Shown here: positions 28,764 to 38,073 of the stretch, piece after piece
Numbering within the stretch: the stretch's first letter is position 1
How the letters are laid out: every line of letters begins with the position of its first letter
Source of the DNA: a virus
DNA: 64,000 nucleotides
Virus record (IMG/VR): IMGVR_UViG_3300045999_008055
Direction: 5' to 3' (one strand)
Made by a program: the position numbers and the translations under genes
The notes under the pieces: model-generated
Databases searched by the model: none
Told to the model about the DNA's origin: nothing
What the model saw: only the letters and a program-made list of their open reading frames with translations

Positions 28764-28918
28764 ATAAAGAAGATCAAGAATCAAGTTACACTTTCTCTTT
28801 AACTCTAAAAGAAGTAGAGGCTCTATTTAAATATCTATCTCGTACAGAGTTAAAAGGAGTTGAAGTACCAGAATTTAATAATATCTTGAATATCTTTAAG
28901 ATAAAGAAAGATGATTAA
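28760..28918 (+). CDS. Small hypothetical protein (52 aa), absent from ORF track
   Basis: MNKEDQESSYTFSLTLKEVEALFKYLSRTELKGVEVPEFNNILNIFKIKKDD; ATGA overlap upstream, overlaps the next start and exactly fills the gap. Confidence 0.7.
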   Translation: MNKEDQESSYTFSLTLKEVEALFKYLSRTELKGVEVPEFNNILNIFKIKKDD

Positions 28919-29759
28919 TAAAATTTTATCTTTTTTTAAAAAAGATGATCCAGAGATAGAATTCTATTCTATAATTCCTGGCTTAGAAGAAGTAAGTCAA
29001 CCAATTAAAGCCTTTCACGACGAGAATCCTTCTTGGCTAAAGAATAGATTAGAAAAAACCAAGATCTATATTGACGATTTTCACGATAACAAGAATTTAA
29101 ATCCAAAAGGTAATACTTTCTTTGTTGAAAAATGTCCTGGCATTAGATCTATAATGAACGAGGGAATTCATTTAAAAACTTGGCAAGATATAAGAGTTAC
29201 CTTAATATCAAATGATGATGATGGTAAATTTCTTATAGAAACTCCTACTCCAGCTGGAAATCTTAAAAATGGACAATTTATAAATCCAGAAGTTCAATCT
29301 CATAATGGTAATCAATTTCCAGAATTTGCGAGAAGTAGAGAAGATACATGGCCGCATTTATTAAAAATTATGTCTAATTGGAGAGTGAATATGAATAAAG
29401 ATTGGCAATTAATGTTATTACCAGTATATTATTCTAATACTTCTAATTTATTCTCAGCTGTTCCAGGAATATTTAATCCAGAATTTGGAAGTCATCTTAA
29501 TATAAATATACAAATTCATAGAAAAGCTCCGTTCTCCTTCTTAATTCCGGCTGGAACATCTATAGTTAAAATGATTCCTATAAAGAAAAATAATAATTTT
29601 AATTTTAATGTAAGGAAAGTAACAGATAACGATATTTTTAAAGAAGAGGCGACTTTGGCTTTATTAAAGAAGAGATATATATCTTCTAGGAAAGATCAAA
29701 TAAACGATCTAAATAAATTAAGAAGTTCCATATCAAAATGTCCATTCTTTCATAAATGA
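28911..29759 (+). CDS. Hypothetical protein (DUF6065-like / beta-clip-like)
   Basis: KCPGI..IM..G, AVPGIF and IPAGTSIVKMIP. Confidence 0.5.
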   Translation: MINKILSFFKKDDPEIEFYSIIPGLEEVSQPIKAFHDENPSWLKNRLEKTKIYIDDFHDNKNLNPKGNTFFVEKCPGIRSIMNEGIHLKTWQDIRVTLISNDDDGKFLIETPTPAGNLKNGQFINPEVQSHNGNQFPEFARSREDTWPHLLKIMSNWRVNMNKDWQLMLLPVYYSNTSNLFSAVPGIFNPEFGSHLNINIQIHRKAPFSFLIPAGTSIVKMIPIKKNNNFNFNVRKVTDNDIFKEEATLALLKKRYISSRKDQINDLNKLRSSISKCPFFHK

Positions 29760-30490
29760 AAACGGCAATAGTAACTTATTATTGGTTCGAGCCTTCATAT
29801 AAAGAAGCTTTTGAAAAAGTTGTTGTGCCACGTTTGAATTTTTTAGCTAACAAATGGAATGCAGAATTAATTATTGAAAATAGAATAGATAAAAATTTAA
29901 AAAATGAAGATTGGCCAGAAAATTACGAATTAAATCAATATAATAAGTCCTTAATACTAAAAAATATAATAGGAAAATTTGATAAAACTTTATGTATAGA
30001 TGCTGATATGGTAGTGTCCAGAAAAATTCCTAATATTTTTGAGATATATGAAGATGGATATTTCTATGCGGTTTTAGACGGAGCAGCTGGAGATGAATAT
30101 TGCTTTCATAGAGTAGATGAAATGATTAGCTCTCAAGCAATGTTAGGCAGTATAAATTGGACTTATGGTTATTATAATGCAGGATTTATGATGATGGAAA
30201 AAGAGCATAAAGTTATCTTTGATGACGAAAATTATAAAATATTTTTTAATTTTTCTGATCAAACAAAAATTAATTATCTTTTAAGAAAATATAAAATACC
30301 TCATCGCGCATTACCTAAACAATATAACTCAATGGCTATAAATTGCATTCGTTCTAAACTATCTCCGAGAGTTGTAAATCTAGTTCCACCAGATATACTT
30401 TCTAAAGATGTATACGTAGCTCACGCTGCCGCAATTCCTAAAGAAATAAAGAACGACTATATCTTTAGACTAGATACATTGATGGAATAA
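29756..30490 (+). CDS. GT8-like glycosyltransferase
   Basis: IDADM, YYNAGFM, DQT.IN, LP.QYN and HAA. Confidence 0.85.
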   Translation: MKTAIVTYYWFEPSYKEAFEKVVVPRLNFLANKWNAELIIENRIDKNLKNEDWPENYELNQYNKSLILKNIIGKFDKTLCIDADMVVSRKIPNIFEIYEDGYFYAVLDGAAGDEYCFHRVDEMISSQAMLGSINWTYGYYNAGFMMMEKEHKVIFDDENYKIFFNFSDQTKINYLLRKYKIPHRALPKQYNSMAINCIRSKLSPRVVNLVPPDILSKDVYVAHAAAIPKEIKNDYIFRLDTLME

Positions 30491-31473
30491 TGAATAAAGA
30501 AAATATTTTTTTTAATGGTTCTATTTTGGGTCTAGGCGATTCTATAGCGGTAATGCCTTTGATAGAAATATACGCAAATATAAATAAAAATAAAAAAGTT
30601 TTTTTTTCAAATAAATTTTACTACCTTTTTTATAAAGAATATAAAAATATATTTTTCTTAAAGGATGATCAAGATTTTTTTACAAAAAATAATGATTTAT
30701 TCTTAGTTTACGATGATAACGTATATTCATTAAATGAAATGTATAATCTAGCTTATACAACCACCTATCTCAAGAAAGAAAATAATAAAATTATTAAAAA
30801 AGAATTAAAAAATAAAAGACTTCCACTTCAAGCACAAATGGCGGATTTTTTAGATTTAGAGATCACAGAGGAGATTAAACCAAAAATTTCATTTAATCCT
30901 CAACCAATTTTTATGGATAAGATGGGCGTAAATGGATACGTATGCATAGCTACACAGACAACGGTACAAGGTAAATATTGGAATAATACTACTGGATGGA
31001 AAAATATAATAGATTTTCTAAATATAAAAGGATATTCAGTTATATGCGTAGATCAGCATAGAAACTATGGAAACTTAGTATACTATAATAGTATACCAAA
31101 TAATTGTATAGATTTCACTGGTTTGCCATTAAAAGATTTAGTTAATATAATATATAATTGTAGTTTTTTCATAGGTTTAGATTCAGGTCTTTCTTGGTTA
31201 GCGTGGGCACTAGATAAGAAGGTTATACAGATTTTAGGTTTAACAGGAAGAAGGATTGCTTTTAAAAATCCTTATTCAATATTAAATAAGGATGTTTGTA
31301 ATTCTTGTTTTGAAGACAAATCAATAACTGGATTCTCTACAGATAACCCATTTAATGATTTCTTAATGTGTCCAAGGCATAAAAATACCAAAAGAATGTT
31401 CGAGTGTACAAAAAAAATAAATTCTAATATGGTTATCGAAGTTATAAACCAAGTAATAAAATCAAATGAATAA
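30490..31473 (+). CDS. Aah/TibC-family protein O-heptosyltransferase homologue 1
   Basis: LGDSIA, YVCIATQTT.QGKYWNN..GW, FFIGLDSGLSWLAWA, VCNSC...CPRH....FECTK (4-Cys iron finger). Confidence 0.85.
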   Translation: MNKENIFFNGSILGLGDSIAVMPLIEIYANINKNKKVFFSNKFYYLFYKEYKNIFFLKDDQDFFTKNNDLFLVYDDNVYSLNEMYNLAYTTTYLKKENNKIIKKELKNKRLPLQAQMADFLDLEITEEIKPKISFNPQPIFMDKMGVNGYVCIATQTTVQGKYWNNTTGWKNIIDFLNIKGYSVICVDQHRNYGNLVYYNSIPNNCIDFTGLPLKDLVNIIYNCSFFIGLDSGLSWLAWALDKKVIQILGLTGRRIAFKNPYSILNKDVCNSCFEDKSITGFSTDNPFNDFLMCPRHKNTKRMFECTKKINSNMVIEVINQVIKSNE

Positions 31474-32344
31474 CATTTTAATAAAATTTTTAAGTAATTG
31501 TCTAGGAGACTCTCTAGCTTGGATGCCTATGGTTGAAGAATATAGAAAATTAAGTAACGCTAATATTTTTTGTATAAATGAATATTATAAAATATTTAAT
31601 TACCCAAATATTAATTTTATAAATTCGACTCAAATACAAGATTTTAATTTTAATAAAATTTATGAATTAGGATTTTTTATAGAAGATCTAAAATTTAAAG
31701 AATTAAATCTAAAAGATCCGAGATCTTTAAATTTACAAGAAGTAGCTTGTGATATACTAAGAATTCCATATAGATCAATTAAACCTAATCTATTAATAAG
31801 AGATACAAAAAATCAAGAAAATCAAAAATATGTATGCATATCAGTTCAGAGTACAAATCAAGCTAAATACTGGAATTATCCAAATGGATGGGAAATTATT
31901 ACAGACTATTTAAATAGATTAGACTATAAAGTAATATGCATAGATAAATATTCATCTTATGGCAATTTAGTATATATTAATAATATACCTAGAAATGCAG
32001 TAGATAAAACTGGAAATATAAATATTCAAGAAAGAATAACGGATATTTATAATTGTGAATTTTTTATTGGCCTACCATCTGGTCTCTCTTGGTTAGCTTG
32101 GGCTTTAAATAAAAAAGTTATATTAATTAGTGGATTTAGTGATCCTAAAACAGAATTTTATACACCATATAGAATCATCAATAAAAATGTGTGCAATAGT
32201 TGTTGGAATGATGAGAATTTTATTTTTTCATATAAAGATTTTATATATTGTCCTAGACATAAAAATACAGATAAAATGTTCGAATGTACAAAACAAATAC
32301 ATCCAAATATAATTATTGAAAATATAAATAAATTACTTAACTAA
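31466..32344 (+). CDS. Aah/TibC-family protein O-heptosyltransferase homologue 2
   Basis: LGDSLAW, YVCISVQSTNQAKYWNYPNGW, FFIGLPSGLSWLAWA, ISGFS.P.TEFYTPYR, VCNSCWND...CPRH....FECTK. Confidence 0.9.
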   Translation: MNNILIKFLSNCLGDSLAWMPMVEEYRKLSNANIFCINEYYKIFNYPNINFINSTQIQDFNFNKIYELGFFIEDLKFKELNLKDPRSLNLQEVACDILRIPYRSIKPNLLIRDTKNQENQKYVCISVQSTNQAKYWNYPNGWEIITDYLNRLDYKVICIDKYSSYGNLVYINNIPRNAVDKTGNINIQERITDIYNCEFFIGLPSGLSWLAWALNKKVILISGFSDPKTEFYTPYRIINKNVCNSCWNDENFIFSYKDFIYCPRHKNTDKMFECTKQIHPNIIIENINKLLN

Positions 32345-34210
32345 AAATGTTTTTGATGTAGTAGTACCGCCAACGCAAACACTAATTGCTAGTTCAGTAA
32401 ATCCTACAACTCCTGCTGAACGATTTGAATAACTTGCATATGAAGAATTTGTTGCAAATGCAGAATTCGATGCGGTTCCTGCATATCCCGCATTTGTTGA
32501 TGAGGTTGCGTTTGTCGCAAAGGCTGCGTTGGTAGCAGTCCCTGCGTATCCAGCGTTGGTTGCGTAAGATGAATTCGTCGCGAATGCTGCGTTGGTAGCG
32601 GTTCCTGCGTATCCAGCGTTGGTTGCGTAAGATGAATTCGTCGCGAAAGCTGCGTTTGTAGCGGTTCCAGCGTATCCCGCAGCAAGTGCATATGAAGAGG
32701 GTCCACCAGGGGAACTTAAAGCGTAACTTGCAGTAGTAGAAAATTGAGCATTTGTTGCCGTTCCAGCATATCCAGCATTTGTTGCAAATGTCGAATTCGT
32801 CGCGAATGCTGCGTTTGTAGCGGTTCCAGCGTATCCCGCATTTGTTGCAAATGTCGAATTCGTCGCGAATGCCGCGTTGGTAGCAGTCCCTGCGTATCCA
32901 GCGTTGGTTGCGTAAGATGAATTCGTCGCGAATGCTGCGTTGGTAGCGGTTCCTGCGTATCCAGCGTTGGTTGCGTAAGATGAATTCGTCGCGAAAGCTG
33001 CGTTGGTAGCGGTTCCTGCGTATCCAGCGTTGGTTGCGTAAGATGAACTTCCGGCAGAACTTAAAGAATATGAAGATGTAGTTGCAAATGCTGCGTCAGT
33101 AGCTGTTCCAGCATATCCGGCATTTGTAGCGTAAGATGAATTTGTGGCAAAGGCTGCGTTAGTAGCTGTTCCAGCATACCCAGCGTTGGTTGAACTATTT
33201 GCAAATGCCGCAAACTGAGAGTTAGTAGCTGTTCCTGCGTATCCAGCGTTGGTTGCGTAAGATGAATTCGTCGCGAAAGCTGCGTCTGTAGCGGTTCCTG
33301 CGTATCCAGCGTTTACTGCATAAGACGAGGCTGAAGAGAAGTCAGAAAAAGCTGCATTTGTAGCTGTTCCCGCATAACCAGCAGAGATAGCGTATGTACC
33401 TCCTGGACTAGATAATGCATAGCTTGCGGTAGTGGCAAATTGTGCATTTGTGGCAGTACCGGCGTATCCTGCGTTGGCCGCATACGAAGTACCACCCGCA
33501 GCAGTTAAAGCATAAGAGGCTGTATCAGCATTATTAGCAAAAATAGCAATACCAGCATTATTTGCAGTTCCAGCATAAGCAGCGTAAGATGATCTAGTTG
33601 CATCTGCAGTTACTAATGAGTAAGAGCTATCTCTTGCAATCTCAGAATAAAAAGAATAAGTTGCATAAGAAGCTTGGGCTGCATTATTAGCTGAGCTCGC
33701 ATTTGATGCAATTAATGCAAATCTAACACCAAGATTTGGCAAATAACTATCTCCATTCGCATTTGAAGCCACATATATTGGATTATTTGTTGTTCCCCAA
33801 TTTCTTAAATATACATTTGTATTCGCTACAATATCAGCAGAATCTAATTCTATTATTTTATTATTAACTGTATCTTGTATACTTAACAAAGAAGCTGAAT
33901 TATTAGTTTTAAGTAATGAAAAAGTATTTTGACTTTTTGTATATACATTCATTGAGTTTCCATCTGTATATATTTGAGTATATAAATTTGGAAATTCTGC
34001 TGGCCTAAAAGTTATACCGGCATTATTTAAAAAAGATTCAAAATAAGGAGATGAACTTGATGTATGTCTTATTGAATTTAATTGTAATACGTTTGAACAG
34101 TAATCATTATAAAATTGATTTGTTCCAAATTTTAAATCTCTAGTTCTTGGATCTAAACAGTCTGCTCCTAGTAATTTATTTCCGTAATCTGGTTTAATTT
34201 GAGCTGCCAT
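32333..34210 (-). CDS. Virion fibre/spike protein with Ala-periodic 21-residue repeats
   Basis: Tandem ATNAGYAGTATNAAFATNSSY units; last gene of the structural arm. Confidence 0.75.
   Translation of the reverse strand: MAAQIKPDYGNKLLGADCLDPRTRDLKFGTNQFYNDYCSNVLQLNSIRHTSSSSPYFESFLNNAGITFRPAEFPNLYTQIYTDGNSMNVYTKSQNTFSLLKTNNSASLLSIQDTVNNKIIELDSADIVANTNVYLRNWGTTNNPIYVASNANGDSYLPNLGVRFALIASNASSANNAAQASYATYSFYSEIARDSSYSLVTADATRSSYAAYAGTANNAGIAIFANNADTASYALTAAGGTSYAANAGYAGTATNAQFATTASYALSSPGGTYAISAGYAGTATNAAFSDFSSASSYAVNAGYAGTATDAAFATNSSYATNAGYAGTATNSQFAAFANSSTNAGYAGTATNAAFATNSSYATNAGYAGTATDAAFATTSSYSLSSAGSSSYATNAGYAGTATNAAFATNSSYATNAGYAGTATNAAFATNSSYATNAGYAGTATNAAFATNSTFATNAGYAGTATNAAFATNSTFATNAGYAGTATNAQFSTTASYALSSPGGPSSYALAAGYAGTATNAAFATNSSYATNAGYAGTATNAAFATNSSYATNAGYAGTATNAAFATNATSSTNAGYAGTASNSAFATNSSYASYSNRSAGVVGFTELAISVCVGGTTTSKTFLVK
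32430..33480. repeat. 63-bp coding tandem repeat array, GC-richer than flanks
   Basis: Near-identical units such as gcggttcctgcgtatccagcgttggttgcgtaagatgaattcgtcgcgaa at a 63-bp period; boundaries approximate. Confidence 0.9.
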
Positions 34211-34211
34211 T

Positions 34212-37200
34212 TTACCTTATACCTGTTATTATAGTATTAATTACACTGTTTGTATATTTTCCAGTTTCATAACCACTTACTATTAATAGACCACTTATAA
34301 TATCATTACTAAAATAATTTCTTGTTTTTGCTTGAATATATAGTTGACTTACATCATTAGAGATAAAACCAGAGTTAATATAAGAATTATTTAATATATA
34401 ATTATTTAATTTAAAGTCTTGAAGACCTGTTAGAGTTCCATTTAAATAATATCCCGTAATTAAATTAAATGCATCAGTAAATGTTTTATTATATCTTTGT
34501 CCAGTTAATAAACCTGTTAATAGATAATTATTCTCATTTAGTTGTATAACTCCAGAACCAGTAAGGTATCCAATAAATCCAGTTTGATTTATATTTGATA
34601 CTACCTGCACATATCCAGTATTTGAAAAATAATCCGAGAAGAATAAAAGATCAGCATATTCATTATTAATAAATTCTAAACCAGATTTTAAATTTAAATT
34701 AGAATTACCATTTATAATAACTTCATCAATAGTTCTTAGTTTTACCCATTGCTGTTTGTTATCTCCGCTGCCTGTATATAAATGTATTGCCCCACTTATA
34801 TTTGGATATGTTATTGGATCTGTGTTGTAAGATGCTACTGCTAAAAGATCACCTAAATCATTTAATTTTAAAACATGCCCAAATTCAGTTGGCGCATTTA
34901 CTGTTCCGCTAATAAATGAATTCTGAAACCATTGATTATTTAAGTTTCCTGTAAATATGTATATTGCTCCTCTTGAAGAAGAATATCCTGGCGCACCAAT
35001 TGCGGCAATATTGCCTAGTTTATTTAGAGATGTAGAATATCCAAATAAATCTCCATTCTGACCATTTGTTCTATTTAATATTGATACTAATTCATAGTTA
35101 GCATTATAACTTCCTGTAAAAATATAAGCATAACCACTAGATGGCGCGTTTATTGCTCCAATTAATAAATTATTTCCATTGTTATTTATAGAAATAGATT
35201 GACTAAAATTATGACTACTATTTGATATCTGCCCGACGATTCTCTGAGTTTCATTAAAGCCTGTTAGTAAAATATTTCTATAAAAATTAAGTGCACCACC
35301 ATTTAAAGTAATAGTACTATTCCGTGGTTCACCAACTACAAGTGCATTTCCAGACTGTAAAATCTTCGAGCGAGATCCAAATTGAGCATTAGTATTTCTA
35401 CCTTTTATTTTATCAAAAAATTTAAAATTATTTGGTGCACCAGTATAGATATATACTGCACCAGCTAGTGAAACATCATCAGAATTTCGAACCGCTCCAA
35501 CGGAAAGAATATTTCCACTATCATTTAAAGATACTGAAATACCAAAATAATCTGCCACATTTTCCCCAGTAAAGATATCTGTTTGAATCCAATTATTTCC
35601 ACTTCCTGTATAGATATATGCATATCCAGGGTTATTAAAATTATTACTTCCAATAGCGATAATATCTCCTTTTTTATTTATATCAACTGCAGTACCAAAG
35701 TATGACAACGCGGAGGGTGGTAAAATTTTCGCTCCAGTATTCCAAATAAAATTATCTCCAGTTATTATCCATACCGCTCCAGCATCAGAGCCTACTTGTC
35801 TATCTAAAGGAGAGCCTACAACAGCTATATTTCCACTGCTATTTAACGCAACTGACCGACCCATAGCGCTATTAATCGTATTTCCCGTGATTTTTGGCTC
35901 TATTTTAGACCAAATAATACCACTACCAGTTATAAACCATACTGCACCAACATTAGAATTATCATTAGAAGCTCCAACTAATCCTATATTACCATAATCA
36001 TTTATAGCTACACTTGTCCCAAATTGATCAGTTCCACCATCTCCTGTTAGTCTTGCGCCTGTTGCCCACGTAATTCCATTTCCAGTTAAGATAAAAACTT
36101 GACCAGCAAAATTAGTAGCCCCTTCTTGATGGGAGGAAGCACCGATTAAACCTAAATAACCATTCCCATTTAAAGCTACGCTAGCTCCAAAATTATCAAC
36201 GCCTATTCTATCGCCATATATTTTTATACTTTTTTCATAAAAATTACCATCACCAGTCAATATCCAAACTCCTCCATTTAACGAAAAGAAAGTGCTATTA
36301 TTTGGAATACCAGCTAAAATAACTTTTTCATCTCTACTTACGCTTATTGATGTTCCAAGAGCGTCTGCTCCAGGATCAGAATATATTATATTAGTTCGTG
36401 AATATCCGCTAATATTTTCAGATTTATAAACAAAAGCTGCTCCAGTTCCACCATCTGCATAATTTGCGCCAATTATTAATATATTTCCAGAATTTATCGC
36501 TAAACTATTTCCAAAGTTTCCACTTTTTTCAAAATACTCCGCATCAATAATATTCTGAGTATAATCTATAAATCTATAAACTCTTCCAGAAATTCCTGTG
36601 TTATTTAATAGAGATCCTCTTTTTGACGTAATAAAGATTTCATCTCCTCTTCTATCTATTATTGTCTGACCGAAATATTTATCGCCTCTTAAACCAGAAA
36701 TAAAATTTACATTTCTCCAATTAATTTGATTACCAGTAAATGCATAAACTCGTCCAGTAGAATGATTTATATTAACAAAATCTAAATTAGAAACAAAAAC
36801 TACAGATCCAGATTCATTAGAACTTATAAATTGTCCAAACGATCCAGTTAAACCAGTTGGAAAAGTTTCTACTTTAATAGGAAAATTATTTGTTATATAA
36901 TTATTATAGTCTATAATTCCAGTTGATGTAAATGCCGTAACATCAAAACTTCTATTTCCAGTAATAACTCTAGATAAATAATATCCTGTAGTTGGTAGAT
37001 TTAAATTAAAATTAGAAAAACCAGTAAAAAATGTAAATTCGCTTGCGTAACCAGTTAAGAGTCCTGTTATGTTAATTCCAGACAAAGCATGATATCCTGT
37101 CATTGGCAAACTAGATAATCCATTTAAGAATCCACTACCATTTATAAATCCAGTTAAAATTAAATTTTTATAACCTGTAGCAAGTAAATTTCCAGTTATT

Positions 37201-38072
37201 TCTCCTGTGTAACCAGTATAATATTTAAGTTGAATATTTATATATTTATCTAAATTAACTTGAGGGGATCTTAAACTACCACTTATTATAGAATAGATGA
37301 GAGAATAATCATTATCTTTAAAATCTCCTAATCCAGTTTGTAGGCCTGTTCGAGCAAAAAAGTTCGTAATATTTTCTAAATTTAAATTTACATTTAAGTA
37401 TCCTGAGAAAGATCCTGTAGTAGTAAAATTCTTGGTTATTGTTCCAAAATTTGTAAATAGATTTAATTGTACTTCGTAGAGTCTTTCGTCTTCTAATTGG
37501 TTTTGAGTAGCACTATAAGTGTTTATATTAAAATACCCAGTGTCATAGACAAATTCAGATATACTTTGTATACTGAAATTAGAAGGTATTGTTATAGATC
37601 CACTATATATTTTAAAATTTAAATTATTTAAGTTGGTAATTGAACCAGTTAAATATTCTGTACCAGTAATATAAAATACAGGACTTAGATATAATTCATA
37701 TTGGGGTCTTGTTCCTTGTATTCTGATATCAGAATTTACTATTGAATCTGGGCTATTTATATAATAGCCACTAATAATAAAATTATCTTTTTTTCCATTT
37801 AAGCATAAAAGATTATCATTAATATAATAAGAATAATTCCTAGGAGAGATATCTCCGGAAATATTTATATTCTCACCAGAAGAATAAAAAGAGACCAAAC
37901 GATTCTCTGGATCAAAGATTTTTCCTGATTCAAATTTAAAATTTAAGTTTTTATTTTCTCCACTAAATCCTAAATTACAAATACTATTTATATTATTAAT
38001 AGAAAAGTCTAGTTCAAATGATAGACCAGTTTGATAACTTAAAGATAAATATTTATTGCCTAAGAATTCCAT
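34212..38072 (-). CDS. Tail-tip/baseplate protein with ~14 FG-GAP repeats
   Basis: FGxSVA...VGAP...GAVWI repeats; Thr-Gly-rich flanks. Confidence 0.75.
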   Translation of the reverse strand: MEFLGNKYLSLSYQTGLSFELDFSINNINSICNLGFSGENKNLNFKFESGKIFDPENRLVSFYSSGENINISGDISPRNYSYYINDNLLCLNGKKDNFIISGYYINSPDSIVNSDIRIQGTRPQYELYLSPVFYITGTEYLTGSITNLNNLNFKIYSGSITIPSNFSIQSISEFVYDTGYFNINTYSATQNQLEDERLYEVQLNLFTNFGTITKNFTTTGSFSGYLNVNLNLENITNFFARTGLQTGLGDFKDNDYSLIYSIISGSLRSPQVNLDKYINIQLKYYTGYTGEITGNLLATGYKNLILTGFINGSGFLNGLSSLPMTGYHALSGINITGLLTGYASEFTFFTGFSNFNLNLPTTGYYLSRVITGNRSFDVTAFTSTGIIDYNNYITNNFPIKVETFPTGLTGSFGQFISSNESGSVVFVSNLDFVNINHSTGRVYAFTGNQINWRNVNFISGLRGDKYFGQTIIDRRGDEIFITSKRGSLLNNTGISGRVYRFIDYTQNIIDAEYFEKSGNFGNSLAINSGNILIIGANYADGGTGAAFVYKSENISGYSRTNIIYSDPGADALGTSISVSRDEKVILAGIPNNSTFFSLNGGVWILTGDGNFYEKSIKIYGDRIGVDNFGASVALNGNGYLGLIGASSHQEGATNFAGQVFILTGNGITWATGARLTGDGGTDQFGTSVAINDYGNIGLVGASNDNSNVGAVWFITGSGIIWSKIEPKITGNTINSAMGRSVALNSSGNIAVVGSPLDRQVGSDAGAVWIITGDNFIWNTGAKILPPSALSYFGTAVDINKKGDIIAIGSNNFNNPGYAYIYTGSGNNWIQTDIFTGENVADYFGISVSLNDSGNILSVGAVRNSDDVSLAGAVYIYTGAPNNFKFFDKIKGRNTNAQFGSRSKILQSGNALVVGEPRNSTITLNGGALNFYRNILLTGFNETQRIVGQISNSSHNFSQSISINNNGNNLLIGAINAPSSGYAYIFTGSYNANYELVSILNRTNGQNGDLFGYSTSLNKLGNIAAIGAPGYSSSRGAIYIFTGNLNNQWFQNSFISGTVNAPTEFGHVLKLNDLGDLLAVASYNTDPITYPNISGAIHLYTGSGDNKQQWVKLRTIDEVIINGNSNLNLKSGLEFINNEYADLLFFSDYFSNTGYVQVVSNINQTGFIGYLTGSGVIQLNENNYLLTGLLTGQRYNKTFTDAFNLITGYYLNGTLTGLQDFKLNNYILNNSYINSGFISNDVSQLYIQAKTRNYFSNDIISGLLIVSGYETGKYTNSVINTIITGIR
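34241..34247 (-). promoter_or_regulatory. AGTGTAA motif (putative late promoter)
   Basis: About 30 nt upstream of the 34210 start, inside the end of the previous gene. Confidence 0.5.
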
Positions 38073-38073
38073 A

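Noticed and set aside
32130-32312. 60-aa + strand ORF
   Set aside because: Nested out of frame in the Aah/TibC homologue.
32430-33480. Regular repeats as a CRISPR array or DGR template
   Set aside because: Units are contiguous 63-bp in-frame coding repeats with no unique spacers; variation is mostly synonymous and not adenine-specific; no cas1/2 or reverse transcriptase in the window.
32404-33495. Alternative-frame ORFs 32404..32706 and 33313..33495
   Set aside because: By-products of the stop-poor repeat within the 625-aa gene.
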